Positions 21,244-32,247 of a DNA stretch of 64,000 bases are shown here, piece after piece. The notes beneath the pieces are model-generated. The model made no database searches, was not told the DNA's origin, and saw only the letters and a program-made list of their open reading frames with translations. The translations under genes and the position numbers were made by a program. Origin of the DNA: Hydrurus foetidus (lineage: Eukaryota); contig UYFQ01000600.1 in NCBI GenBank assembly GCA_900617105.1, positions 62,001 to 126,000 on the forward strand, given 5' to 3'. Numbering within the stretch: the first letter of the stretch is position 1; each line of letters opens with the position of its first letter.

Positions 21244-22020
21244 ATGCCCCGCAGCTCACTGCCCACCATCCAGTCGCCGCTGCTGGCCGCCGCGCCGGGC
21301 GTGCGCCACGCCTTCTTCACCCGCCAGGGCGGGGTTTCGACCGGGATCTATGAGAGCCTGAACGTCGGGCGGGGCAGCAAGGACGAGCCGGCCGACGTGA
21401 TCGAGAACCGGGCCCGCACCGCCCGCTGGTTCGGGGTCGCGCCCGAAGATCTCAACACCTGCTACCAGATCCATTCGACCATCGCGATCGTCGCCGACGG
21501 GTCCTGGGGCGACGTCCGGCCCGAGGGCGACGCCGTCGTCACGCGGACGCCCGGCGTGATCTGCGGCGCGCTGTCGGCCGACTGCGCGCCGGTGCTGATC
21601 GTCGATCCCGTGGCGCGCATTGTCGCCGCCGCCCATGCCGGATGGCGCGGCGCCCTGGACGGCGTCGTCCAGGCCGCTGTCGACAAGATGGTGGTGCTCG
21701 GCGGCGATCCGGCGCGGATGGTCGCCGCCGTCGGTCCCTGTATCGCCGGACTCCTACGAGGTGAGCGTCGACTTCCTGCACCGGTTCGAGGCACACGATC
21801 CGGGGTCGGGCCAGTTCTTCCGGCCCGGCGTGGCGACGACAAGCGGATGTTCGACCTGCCCGCCTTCGTGCTGGACCGCCTGGCACCGCCGGGATCGAGC
21901 AGCGCGAATGGGTGGGCCACGACACCCGCGCCGAGGAAGCCCTGTTCTTCTCCAACCGCCGCGCCTTCCACGGCGAGGGCGACTTCGGCGGCTGATGTCG
22001 GCGATCGCGCTGAGGGCGAC
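21244..22020 (+). CDS. pgeF: Peptidoglycan editing factor / YfiH family (frameshifted; end approximate)
   Basis: HAFFTRQGGVS, SLNVG, QIHS, ADCAPVL, HAGWRGA and FFSNRR. Confidence 0.9.
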
Positions 22021-22256
22021 ATCAAACCGCCCTGTCCCGGCGTCATCTCCGCGGCCGATCGCTGAAGCTGGAGCGTGAAGCTGCTGGCAAGAACCGCCCG
22101 ACCTCGCCGAGATAACAAAACGTGTCACCGATGCGCGTGTCTTCGTCCTGCAGACCAGGGCCAACGACAACCTTAATCTGCATCGTTAAGGTCTTGCTCG
22201 GCGGCCGATCACTGCTAGAAGCCCCGCAACGCGCACCCCCTGCTCCGAGCGACCCC

Positions 22257-23192
22257 ATGAAGCTGCTGTCCGGCAACTCGAACCGCCCGCTTTCCCAGGC
22301 CATCGCCGAGTATCTCGACATGCCGCTGACCCGCGCCCAGGTGCGCCGGTTCGCCGACCTCGAGGTGTTCGTCACCATCGACGAGAACGTGCGCGGCGAG
22401 GATGTCTTCGTCCTGCAGTCGACCAGCTATCCGGCCAACGACAACCTGATGGAGCTTCTGATCTGCATCGACGCCCTCAAGCGCGCGTCGGGCAAGCGGA
22501 TCACCGCCGTCCTCCCCTATTTCGGCTATGCCCGCCAGGACCGCAAAACCGGCGGCCGCACGCCGATCTCGGCCAAGCTGGTCGCCAATCTGATCACCCG
22601 CTCGGGCGCCGATCGCGTGCTGACGATGGATCTGCATGCCGGCCAAATCCAGGGCTTCTTCGACATCCCGACCGACAACCTGCTGCCCTCGCGCCTGCTG
22701 GCCGACGACATCATCCGCAACTATTCGATCGGCGATGACCTGATGGTCGTCTCGCCCGACGTCGGCGGCGTGGTGCGGGCCCGGGCCCTGGCCAAGCGTC
22801 TGAACGACGCCGACCTGGCCATTGTCGACAAGCGCCGTTCGGGCCCCGGCCAGTCGGAAGTGATGAACATCATCGGCGACGTTTCGGGCCGCCGCTGCAT
22901 CCTGTTCGACGACATCGCCGACTCGGCGGCACCTGTGCAACGCCGCCGCCGCCCTGGTCGCAGAGGCGCGGTCTCAGTCGCGCCTGCCATGTCACCCGCG
23001 GGTGCTGTCGGCGCCGCCGCCGAACAGGTCACCAATTCGGTGCTGACCGAACTGGTGGTCACCGACTCGATCGAGGCCTCCGACCCGGTCAAGGCCTGCC
23101 CGAAGATCCGCTATGTCTCGTGCGCCCCGCTGATCGGCGAAGCGATCCGCCGGATCGCCAACGAAGAGTCGGTCTCCAAGCTGTTCGACTGA
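22257..23192 (+). CDS. prs: Ribose-phosphate pyrophosphokinase
   Basis: [34 protein letters not shown] and EESVSKLF. Local indels near 22925-23000. Confidence 0.96.
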   Translation: MKLLSGNSNRPLSQAIAEYLDMPLTRAQVRRFADLEVFVTIDENVRGEDVFVLQSTSYPANDNLMELLICIDALKRASGKRITAVLPYFGYARQDRKTGGRTPISAKLVANLITRSGADRVLTMDLHAGQIQGFFDIPTDNLLPSRLLADDIIRNYSIGDDLMVVSPDVGGVVRARALAKRLNDADLAIVDKRRSGPGQSEVMNIIGDVSGRRCILFDDIADSAAPVQRRRRPGRRGAVSVAPAMSPAGAVGAAAEQVTNSVLTELVVTDSIEASDPVKACPKIRYVSCAPLIGEAIRRIANEESVSKLFD

Positions 23193-23328
23193 TCCCCGAC
23201 TTCTCACCCTTTGGGCGAAGCCGCTTGCGGCCACGCTTGTCAAAGGCTGGTTAAGAGGCTGAGTGTCACAATACCGCCTGCCGCGGATGCTATTCGCGGA
23301 AACCAGACCCATGGGGAAGTTGCCCGGA

Positions 23329-24413
23329 ATGCCCATCTTTTCGCGTGCGCGCGCCGTATTGCTGACGGCCGCCGTCGCACTGACCACCGTGGTGGCCGGC
23401 TGCGAGACCCCGCCTCCCCCGCCGCCGCCGCCCGTGGTCGTCGCACCGCCCGCGCCGCCGCCGATCACCCTGTCCAATGTGCTGGTCGAGCGCGCCAGCG
23501 CCTACCGCGGCTACATGGCCCGGGCCGGGGCCATCGACCCCAAGTTCCAGAACGGCGAACAGATCCAGTCCTCGCTGAAGGTCGCGTGGCCTATGAGCAA
23601 GCAGCTGCTGTCGGGCGTCATCGCCCTATGCCGCGTCATCGCCCTGCAGGATCCGGCCTATGTCGGCGCCGTGCGCAGCTTCGCGGCCGATCCAGTCCAG
23701 CGCCAGCAGGTGATCGCCCAGCTGGTCGCCGATCCGGCCTATGCCGTCGGCTTCAAGGGCAGCGACACCGCCGCCGGCCTGGTCATCGACACCCTCGGAG
23801 CCGAAGGCCTGAAGGTCTTCATCGCCGGCAAGGCCGTCAAGCAGGCCGCCTATGACGTGCAGCACTCGTCCTGGTCCAAGGCCTCGGTGCCCGACCGCGA
23901 CGTGCGCCTGGCCTACGCCAAGACCATGTCGGCGATCCCGGCCCTGGGCGACACCAGCGACGTGGCCGCCCTGCAGCAGGCCTCGGTGGGCGCCCAGCCC
24001 CTGCCCCTGACGCCACGCGCGGCCTCGGGACCCTATTCACCGGTGGTCATTCGCGGCCTGGCCGTGGCTGCCCTGGCGGCCCTGGGCGCGGCCGGTGACG
24101 AGAACCTGGCCACCATCGAGGCGGTGATGGCCGAACCCAACTCGGCCATGTGCCTGAACATGGGCAAGCTGAACCTGTATCGGTGCCTGCCGTCTCCAAG
24201 CCGCACTACGAAGACGTGTTCTGCCTGGGTCAGCACATCCTGATGGATACCGGCCAGTGCGTGATCAAGGCTTCGGGCACGCCGATGCCGATCGAACCGC
24301 CGCCGCCGCCGCGCGCCGTGCCGGTAAAGGCCTCGATCGCCCAAGCCGGCGGGGCCGGCCGCAACTCCAAGAACGCCAAGGCCGCCGCCAAGAAGCCCGC
24401 GCCCCGGAAATAG
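23329..24413 (+). CDS. Hypothetical lipoprotein (frameshift near 24190)
   Basis: Lipobox VAGC, Pro-rich linker, Cys-containing C-terminal part and Lys/Ala tail. Confidence 0.7.
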
Positions 24414-24567
24414 GCTGCGCCTCAACGGACCTGGAAGGGCCGGGCGTTGCATCGCCCGGCCCTTCTGTGTATGTAGCCCCACCCTAAAAACGTCGACCGA
24501 GCGGGACAATCCAGTCCTGTGCGGCGATTTTGCATTTCGAGAGCACCGGCTCTCCAGAGAGAACACC

Positions 24568-25164
24568 ATGGCCGAAATCATTCTGAACGTTGAACTCCGC
24601 GACCGCGCCGGCACCGGCGGCGCTCGCGAAACCCGCCGCAGCGGCAAGGTCCCCGGCGTCCTGTACGGCGGCGGCAAGGCTCCCGTGAACATCGCGGTCA
24701 AGGGCAACGAATTCCGCAAGGCGCTCTTCACCGGCAAGCTGCTGGGCCACCTGGTCACGCTGCAGTACGGCGAAGAGAAGCAGTCGGTCATCGCCAAGGC
24801 CGTGCAATTCCACGCTGTCACCGACGAGCCGGTCCACTTCGACCTGTTCCGCGTCAGCGAGCACCAGCTGATCAAGATCGAAGTTCCGGTTCACTTCAAG
24901 AACCACGAAAGCTCGGTCGGCCTGAAGAAGGGCGGCACGCTGGAAATCATCCGTCACACCGTCGAGCTGGCCTGCCCGGCCGACAAGATCCCCGAAGAAC
25001 TGGTCATCGACCTGGCCGGCCACGACATCGGCGACGTCATCCGCATCTCGGAAGTCAAGCTGCCGGAAGGCGTCAAGACCGCCATGGACCGCGACTTCGT
25101 GATTGCCAACGTCAAGGCCTCGGCCGCGTCGCAATCGGGCGAAGGCGACACCACCGCCGCCTAA
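24568..25164 (+). CDS. rplY: 50S ribosomal protein L25/Ctc
   Basis: RRSGKVPGVLYG, QFHAVTDEPVHFD, KKGG and DIGDVI. Confidence 0.95.
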   Translation: MAEIILNVELRDRAGTGGARETRRSGKVPGVLYGGGKAPVNIAVKGNEFRKALFTGKLLGHLVTLQYGEEKQSVIAKAVQFHAVTDEPVHFDLFRVSEHQLIKIEVPVHFKNHESSVGLKKGGTLEIIRHTVELACPADKIPEELVIDLAGHDIGDVIRISEVKLPEGVKTAMDRDFVIANVKASAASQSGEGDTTAA

Positions 25165-25196
25165 GGCTTCGGATCGGTTCTCCGATCCACTATCGA

Positions 25197-25229
25197 GACG
25201 GGCGGGCTTATCAAGCCCGCCCGTTTTTC
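25197..25229 (+). terminator. Intrinsic terminator after rplY
   Basis: acgggcgggctt-atc-aagcccgcccgt followed by a T-run. Confidence 0.8.
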
Positions 25230-25257
25230 GTTTGAGCTTCCCGCGTGGATTGAAGCA

Positions 25258-25926
25258 ATGCTGATCTTGGCCGGTCTCGGCAATCCCGAGGCCAAGTACG
25301 AGAAGAACCGGCACAATGTCGGCTTCATGGCGGTCGACGCCCTGGCCCGGCGCTGGGGCACGGGGCCGTGGCGCGCGCGCTTTCAGGGCCTGGCCTGCGA
25401 AGGCTCGGTCTCGACGCCCAATGGCCCGGTCAAGCTGCTGCTGCTCAAGCCCAAGACCTATTACAACGAGAGCGGCCGCGCCGTGGGCGAGGCGATGAAG
25501 TTCTTCAAGCTGACGCCGGCCGACGTCATCGTCTTCCACGACGAGATCGACATGGCCCCGGGGCGCTTTCGGATGAAGGCCGGCGGCGGGGCGGCGGGCA
25601 ATAACGGCATCCGCTCGATCACCAGCCAGGTCGGCGACGCCTTCCGCCGCGGCCGCATCGGGGTGGGCCATCCCGGCGACAAGGCCATGGTCATGCACTA
25701 TGTGCTGGGCGACTTCCACAAGGTCGAGCACCAGTGGCTGGACCCGCTGCTGGACGCCGTCTGCGACGCCCTGCCCTTCGCCGCGGCGGGCGAGGACGAG
25801 CGCTATCAGGCCGAGGTCATGCGCCTGGCGCCCTCACCCAAGTCCGACCCCAAGAAACCCGCCCCGAAAGCTAGAGCGGGTCGGAAGACCAGGCCTTATC
25901 GACATTCAGCCGGCCATTGTCTTTAA
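25258..25926 (+). CDS. pth: Peptidyl-tRNA hydrolase (true stop probably near 25874)
   Basis: GLGNP...RHNVGF, KPKTYYNESG, HDEID and GGGAAGNNG. Confidence 0.95.
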   Translation: MLILAGLGNPEAKYEKNRHNVGFMAVDALARRWGTGPWRARFQGLACEGSVSTPNGPVKLLLLKPKTYYNESGRAVGEAMKFFKLTPADVIVFHDEIDMAPGRFRMKAGGGAAGNNGIRSITSQVGDAFRRGRIGVGHPGDKAMVMHYVLGDFHKVEHQWLDPLLDAVCDALPFAAAGEDERYQAEVMRLAPSPKSDPKKPAPKARAGRKTRPYRHSAGHCL

Positions 25927-26108
25927 TTCACCGTCATCCCGCCCTTGTGGCGGGAACCTGGTTCAGCTGGCATGTGAGACGCAAGCGGACCGCAAGCGGT
26001 CCGCCCCTCCCGCACCTGCGGCGGCAGAGGGTTCCCGCCACAAGGGCGGGAATGACGGAGTTTAAGAGATCGGCCGCCGTCGCGATCCTGAATGTCGATC
26101 CGCTCTAG
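25871..26108. repeat. CTAG-ended inverted element with a nested CGTC palindrome (25931-26058)
   Basis: Outer arms ctagagcgggtcg/cgatccgctctag and atcgacattcag/ctgaatgtcgat. The inner part copies the 2347-2485 element. Confidence 0.8.
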
Positions 26109-26111
26109 CCC

Positions 26112-27281
26112 TCAGGACAGCCGGTCGCGGAACTCGGCATAGTCGAATTCCCGCACCAGTTTCAGAGCGTCGCTGTCGCTGTTCCACAGGGCGATGGCCG
26201 GCAGGGGCACGCCGTTGAAGGTGTTGGTCTTGACCATCGAATAGTGCGCCTGGTCCAGGAAAGCGATCCGCTGACCCGGACCGGCGGTCGCAAAGCCGTA
26301 GTCGCCGATGATGTCGCCGGCCAGGCACGAGGGGCCGCCAATCCGCATCGTTACGCCGCCCTCGACCTCACCCAGCATCGCCGGCCGATAGGGCGCCTCG
26401 ATGACGTCGGGCATGTGGCAGGTGGCCGAGATGTCGGTGATGGCGACGGGCACGCTGTTGTCGAAGGTGTCGAGGATCTCGCCGACCAGGATGCCGGCAT
26501 CGAGGGCTATGGCCTCGCCCGGCTCGATATAGACCTGCAGCCCGTGGCGCTGGCCGATGCCGGCCAGAAAGGCGATCAGGTCGGCGGTCTGATAGTCGGC
26601 GCGGGTGACATGGTGGCCTCCGCCGAGGTTCAGCCACTTCAGCTGGCCCAGCATCCCTTCCAGCCTCGGCTCCACCGACGCCCAGATCCGCTGCAGGGGC
26701 TCGAAGTCCTGCTCGCACAGGGCATGGATGTGCAAACCATCGACGCCCTCCAGATGCTCTGGGCGCAGCTGCGAGACGGGGAAGCCCAGGCGCGAGCCGC
26801 GCTGGCAGGGATCGTACTTGGCGACCTCGGCCTCGCTGTGCTCGGGGTTCAGGCGCAGGCCGATGTCGAACACATCGCCCGCCGCCCGCGCCGCCGCGAT
26901 CAGATCGGCAAACCGCGCGATCTGGTCGGGCGTGTTGAAGATCACCGAGTCGGAGATCCGCAGGATCGCGGGCAGGTCCTGGCGCTTGTAGGCCGGCGAG
27001 TAGGTGGTCAGGTGGCCGCTATAGAACTCGCGGGCCAGCCGGGCCTCCCACAGGCCCGAGGCGCAGACGCCATCGAGATATTCGCCGACCACGCCGGCCA
27101 GCGACCACATCGAGAACGCCTTCAGCGCCAGCAGCACCTTTGCGCCGGACCCGTCGCCCACGGCCTTGAGCATGGCCAGGTTGCGGCGCACCGCGACCTC
27201 GTCGACCACGAAACAGGGCGACGGGACGCGGGTCAGGTCAAAGCGGGCGAAAGCGCCGGGGCCGGCGGCCTTGGTTTCCAT
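26112..27281 (-). CDS. nspC: Carboxy(nor)spermidine decarboxylase
   Basis: LLALKAF, LRLNPE...YDPC...SRLG, HALCEQ, NLGGGH, EPGEA, TCHMPD, SCLAGD and MVKTNTFNG. Confidence 0.93.
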   Translation of the reverse strand: METKAAGPGAFARFDLTRVPSPCFVVDEVAVRRNLAMLKAVGDGSGAKVLLALKAFSMWSLAGVVGEYLDGVCASGLWEARLAREFYSGHLTTYSPAYKRQDLPAILRISDSVIFNTPDQIARFADLIAAARAAGDVFDIGLRLNPEHSEAEVAKYDPCQRGSRLGFPVSQLRPEHLEGVDGLHIHALCEQDFEPLQRIWASVEPRLEGMLGQLKWLNLGGGHHVTRADYQTADLIAFLAGIGQRHGLQVYIEPGEAIALDAGILVGEILDTFDNSVPVAITDISATCHMPDVIEAPYRPAMLGEVEGGVTMRIGGPSCLAGDIIGDYGFATAGPGQRIAFLDQAHYSMVKTNTFNGVPLPAIALWNSDSDALKLVREFDYAEFRDRLS

Positions 27282-27283
27282 GC

Positions 27284-27926
27284 CTAGAACGCCAGCGGGG
27301 CCGCCAGGTCCTGGACCTTCCAGGGCAGGCCGTGCTTGTTCAGCATGTCCATGAACGGATCGGGATCCAGCTGTTCCATGTTGAACACGCCCGCGCCCTT
27401 CCACTGGCCCGTCAGCATCAGGGCCGCGCCGATCATGGCCGGAACACCCGTCGTGTAGCTGACCGCCTGGTTGTTGGTCTCGGCATAGGCTTCTTCGTGA
27501 TCGCAGATGTTGTTGACGTAGACGGTGCGGGCCTTGCCGTCCTTCATCCCCGTGGCGATCGTGCCGATATTGGTCTTGCCCTTGGTGATCGGGCCCAGCG
27601 ACGAGGGCTCGGGCAGCAGGGCCTTGAGGAACTCGATCGGGATGATCTCGCGGCCCTGGAACATCATCGGCTCGATGCTGATCATGCCGATATTGCCCAG
27701 CACTTCCAGGTGCTTGAGGTAGCTGTCGCCGAAGGTCATCCAGAAGCGGATGCGCTTGATCTCGGGATAGAACTTCACGAGGGACTCAAGTTCCTCGTGA
27801 TACATCAGATACATGTTCTTCTCGCCGACCTGGTCGAAGTCGAACACCTGCTTGTGGCTCAGCGCCGGGCCTTCGACCCAGGCGCCGTTTTCCCAGTGCC
27901 GCGACGGGGCGGTCACTTCGCGCAGA

Positions 27927-27958
<32 letters not shown>

Positions 27959-28489
27959 CAGGCCCGTGTCGCCGCCATTGCAGTCCAGGATGTCGAGCGT
28001 GTCGATCCGGTCCAGCAGGTGCTTCTTGGTGTAGGTGGTGAACACCGAGGTCACGCCCGGGTCAAAGCCGCTGCCCAGCAGCGCCATCAGACCGGCGTCC
28101 TTGAAGCGGTCCTGATAGGCCCACTGCCAGCTGTATTCGAACTTGGCCTCGTCGCGCGGCTCGTAATTGGCCGTGTCGAGATAGTTCACCCCGGCCGCCA
28201 GGCAGGCGTCCATGATGTTGAGGTCCTGATAGGGCAGGGCCAGATTGACCACCAGGGCCGGCTTGACCGCCTGGATCATCGCCGTCGTGGCGGCGACATC
28301 GTCAGCGTCCAGCGCGGCCGTGTCGATGGTCACGCCGGTGCGCGACTTCACCGAGGCGGCGATGGCGTCGCATTTCGACTTCGTCCGACTCGCCAGCGTG
28401 ATGTGCGAAAACACGTCCGCATTCATCGCCATCTTGTGGACAGCGACCGAACCAACACCGCCAGCACCGATAACCAGCACCCTGCTCAT
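27284..28489 (-). CDS. Carboxy(nor)spermidine dehydrogenase (saccharopine dehydrogenase family)
   Basis: IGAGGVG, NLALPYQD, YLDTANYE, GFDPG, FATNFNPEINLRE and SYTTGVP. Directly upstream of nspC. Confidence 0.92.
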
Positions 28490-28694
28490 TTGGGCTTCTC
28501 CTAACGCCTGTAGCCTCTGGCAGTCTAACGCCTGAAAGAGGGGGGCCGGGGTCATATCACGAGGACAACGAGTCCGCTAATCACCCTAAGCAGAAGCTGC
28601 GACAGTTCTCTACCTTGTCCGGATCTGACGCAGACTCCGTCCCGCCATCGTGATCCGAGGGCCACGGCTGATGCCGGGCCGGACCGATCTGCGG

Positions 28695-29522
28695 TTAGAA
28701 TTTGCCGCTCTGGAAATCCTCGAGGCCTGCACGATCTCGTCGCGCGAGTTCATCACGAACGGCCCGTGCCAGAACACCGGCTCGCCGATCGGACGCCCCG
28801 CCAGCAGCAGTACGCGGGCGTCGGTGATCGCCTCGACCAGCACCGTGTCGCCCTTGCCCAGAAACGCCGGACAGGGCATCGATCTTGCCACCCGCCACGC
28901 GAACCTGACCCTCATAGACCGCCAGCATGGCGTTGCGGTCGGCGCCCACAGGCTCCTCGAAGCGGCTTCCGGCCGGCAGGATGACGTCGAAATAGAGCGC
29001 ATCGACTGCGCCGCCGCCGATCGGACCGGCTGTGCCGGCCTCCGTGACGCCCGAGATCACCTTGACCGACACGCCGCCCTCGAGCGCCTCGACCGGGATG
29101 GCCTCGCTCTCAAACTCGCTATAGCCGGGCGCGCTCATCTTCAGCCGGGCGGGCAGGTTCACCCACAGCTGAAAGCCGCGCATCCGGCCTTGGCTCTGCT
29201 CTGGCATTTCGGAATGGACGATGCCGCGCCCGGCCCGCATCCACTGAATGCCGCCGGGTCCGATCACGCCCTCGCGGCCGGTATTGTCGCGGTGCCGCAT
29301 CCGGCCTTCCAGCATGTAGGTCACGGTCTCGAAGCCGCGATGCGGGTGGTCGGGGAAGCCGCCCATATAGTCGGACGCCTGGTCGTTGTCGAAACAGTCC
29401 AGCATCAGGAACGGATCGAACATCTGGGCCTCCGCCGTGCCCAGCATCCGGGTCAGGCGCACGCCGTCGCCATCCGAGGCGGGGACGCCCTTCACGATCT
29501 TCACGACGGGTCGAAGGCTCAT
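28695..29522 (-). CDS. Pirin family protein (internal indels)
   Basis: DPFLMLD, HPHRGFETVTY, AGRGIVHSE, FQLWVNLP and HGPFVMN. Confidence 0.93.
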   Translation of the reverse strand: MSLRPVVKIVKGVPASDGDGVRLTRMLGTAEAQMFDPFLMLDCFDNDQASDYMGGFPDHPHRGFETVTYMLEGRMRHRDNTGREGVIGPGGIQWMRAGRGIVHSEMPEQSQGRMRGFQLWVNLPARLKMSAPGYSEFESEAIPVEALEGGVSVKVISGVTEAGTAGPIGGGAVDALYFDVILPAGSRFEEPVGADRNAMLAVYEGQVRVAGGKIDALSGVSGQGRHGAGRGDHRRPRTAAGGASDRRAGVLARAVRDELARRDRAGLEDFQSGKF

Positions 29523-29641
29523 GTGACGGCTCCTGTTCCAATCCTGATATCGGGGGCGGTTAGAGTTGAGGCAAGACCCCGCCCTTCGCGTTCGCCGCCG
29601 ATCCGTGCTAGGTCGCCCCCAACGAAATTCACGAGAGATCC

Positions 29642-30741
29642 ATGGCCCTTAAAGTCGCCATCGTCGGCCTGCCCAATGTCGGCAAGTCCACCCTGTTCAA
29701 TGCCCTGACCCAGACGGCGTCGGCCCAGGCCGCCAACTATCCGTTCTGCACGATCGAGCCCAATACCGGCGAAGTGGCCGTGCCCGAGCCGCGCCTGGAC
29801 GCCCTGGCCAAGGTGGCCGGCTCCAAGGAAATCATCCCGGCCCGGATCACCTTCGTCGACATCGCCGGCCTGGTGCGCGGCGCGTCCAAGGGCGAGGGCC
29901 TGGGCAACCAGTTCCTGGCCAATATCCGCGACTGCGACGCCGTGGCCTTCGTGGCCCGCTGCTTCGAAGACGGCGACATCGTCCACGTCGAGGCCGCATC
30001 GACCCGATCAGCGATCTCGAGATCATCGAGATGGAACTGATGCTGGCCGACCTGGAAAGCCTGGAAAAGCGCGTTCCCGCCCTGGAAAAGCGCGCCAAGG
30101 TCGGCGCCGACAAGGAAAGCGCCAACACCCTGCGCCTGGCCAATATCGCCCTGGCCCTGCTGCGCGAAGGCCGCCCGGCCCGCACGGCCAAGATCGACGC
30201 CGACGACGAAAAAGCCTGGCACATGCTGCAGCTGCTGACCTCGCTGCCGGCCCTGTATGTCTGCAATGTCGACGAAGGCAGCGCCGACAAGGGCAACAAC
30301 TACAGCGACCTGGTGGCCGAACGCGCCGCCAAGGACAACGCCAAGAGCGTGGTCATCTCGGCCCAGATCGAGAGCGAGATCGCCCTGCTCGACGCCGCAG
30401 AGCGCAGCGAGTTCCTGGAAACCCTGGGCCTTGAAGAGCCGGGCCTGAACCGCCTGATCCGCGAGGCCTACAAGCTGCTGGACCTGCAGACCTATTTCAC
30501 GGTCGGCCCCAAGGAAGCCCGCGCCTGGACCATCCATGTGGGCGACACCGGCCCGCAGGCGGCCGGCGTCATCCATACCGACTTCGAGAAGGGCTATATC
30601 CGCGCCGAAACCATCGCCTTCGAGGACTTCATCGCCCTGGGCGGCGAGAACGGCGCCAAGGAGGCCGGCAAGATGAAGGCCGAAGGCAAGGAATACATCG
30701 TCAAGGACGGCGACGTGATGCACTTCCGGTTCAACGTCTAG
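29642..30741 (+). CDS. ychF: Redox-regulated ATPase YchF (frameshift near 29993)
   Basis: [29 protein letters not shown]...GLGNQFL and C-terminal FRFNV. Confidence 0.96.
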
Positions 30742-30809
30742 ACCACCAGATCAAGCGGCCGGTGCGGAAACGTCCCGGCCGTTTTCATATCGGCAAGGAA
30801 CGCACGCGG

Positions 30810-31500
30810 ATGACCACCGACCGGCTGACCCTGACCGCCGTCCATGACGGCTTCGTCTTCACCGCCGCCCACGAGCACCCGCAGGGCGTGCGCAGGGGCG
30901 GAGTGATCGTGATCCAGGAGATCTTCGGCCTCGACCAATATGTCCAGGCCGACGTGGCGCGCTGGGCCGAGTTGGGCTTCGAGGTGGTCGCGCCCGCGAT
31001 GTTCGACCGGCAGGAACTGGGCTTCGTCGCCGAGCACGATCCGGCCGGGTTCGAGGCCGGCGTGAAATACGCCATGGCCAACGGCCCGGAAAACGCCATG
31101 GGCGACATCCAGGCCTGTATCGACTTTCTGGCCCCGCGCGGCCCGGTGTTCATCGTCGGCTACTGCTACGGCGGCACCATGGCCTGGCTGGCGGCGTCGC
31201 GCTGCACGGGCCTGTCGGCCGCCGCCAGCTACTATGGCGGCCAGGTGGCGGGCATGGCGAAGTTCGCCCTCTCCTGCCCGGTCATCGTCCATCTGGGCCG
31301 CAAGGATCCGCATATCCCCGCCGACGAGGTCAAGGCCGCGATCGCAGCCGCCCACCCCGAGGTGGCGGTGCACATCTACGAGGCCAGCGGCCACGGCTTC
31401 AACAATGACGGCCGACCCGACTCCGACCTCGCCGACGCGCAGCGGCGCGCCAGCGGACCCTGGACCTGTTCCTCGCAGGCGCCGCGGCGGCGGCGAGCAT
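30810..31500 (+). CDS. Dienelactone hydrolase family, copy 1
   Basis: IQEIFG, GYCYGG, YYGG and HGF. The ORF track fuses it to copy 2 through indels. Confidence 0.88.
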
Positions 31501-32174
31501 GGGCGGCGCATCGCCCTGGCCACCCGCGACGGCGCGCCGTTCAGCGCCTGGCATGCGCCGCATCAGGACGCCCGCGCGGCGGTCTGGTCATCCTGCACGC
31601 CATCTGGGGCGTGACGCCGCATATCCGCGAGCTGTCCGACACCCTGGCCCAGCAGGGCTATGAAGTGATCGCCCCGGCCCTGCTGGACGCCGCCGACGCG
31701 CCGTTCCCGGGGGCCAATACCGAGCCGGCGATCCTGGATCAGCGCATGGCCCTGGGCGAGGCCACAGGCTGGGGCCAGAGCACCTTGCCCCGCGTCCAGG
31801 CCTGTATCGACGCCCTGGACGGTCCGGTGTTCGCCATGGGCTTTTGCTTCGGCGGCACGACCGCCTGGCTGGCCGCCGCCCGCTGCGCCGGTTTATCGGG
31901 TGTATCCAGTTTTTACGGTGGCGACATCGTACAGTTTATCGGGGAGGTTCCGACCGTCCCCACCGCCCTGCATTTCGGCAAGACCGACCCGCTGATTCCG
32001 ATGACCGATGTCGAGGCCATCGGGGCGGCCCATCCAGACCTGCCCGTCTGGCTGTACGACGCCGGCCACGCCTTCGTGGCGCCCAACGGCTACCATGCCG
32101 ATAGCGCGCGGCTGGCCATGCTGCGCACCCTGCAACTGTTCCAGCGGGGCGGCGGCAACCGGGGCGAGGCCTGA
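31499..32174 (+). CDS. Dienelactone hydrolase family, copy 2
   Basis: LHAIWG, GFCFGG, FYGG, HFGKTD and AGHAF. Confidence 0.85.
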
Positions 32175-32247
32175 GCCCCGCGACCGGCCCAATCAGGGCC
32201 GGCCCGATCGACGCCGTCAGATCGACGCCATCAGATCGGCCGGCGCC

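Noticed and set aside
30762..32174. Apparent 470-aa double-domain hydrolase
   Set aside because: The junction is off-frame gibberish and copy 2 has its own N-terminus near 31499.
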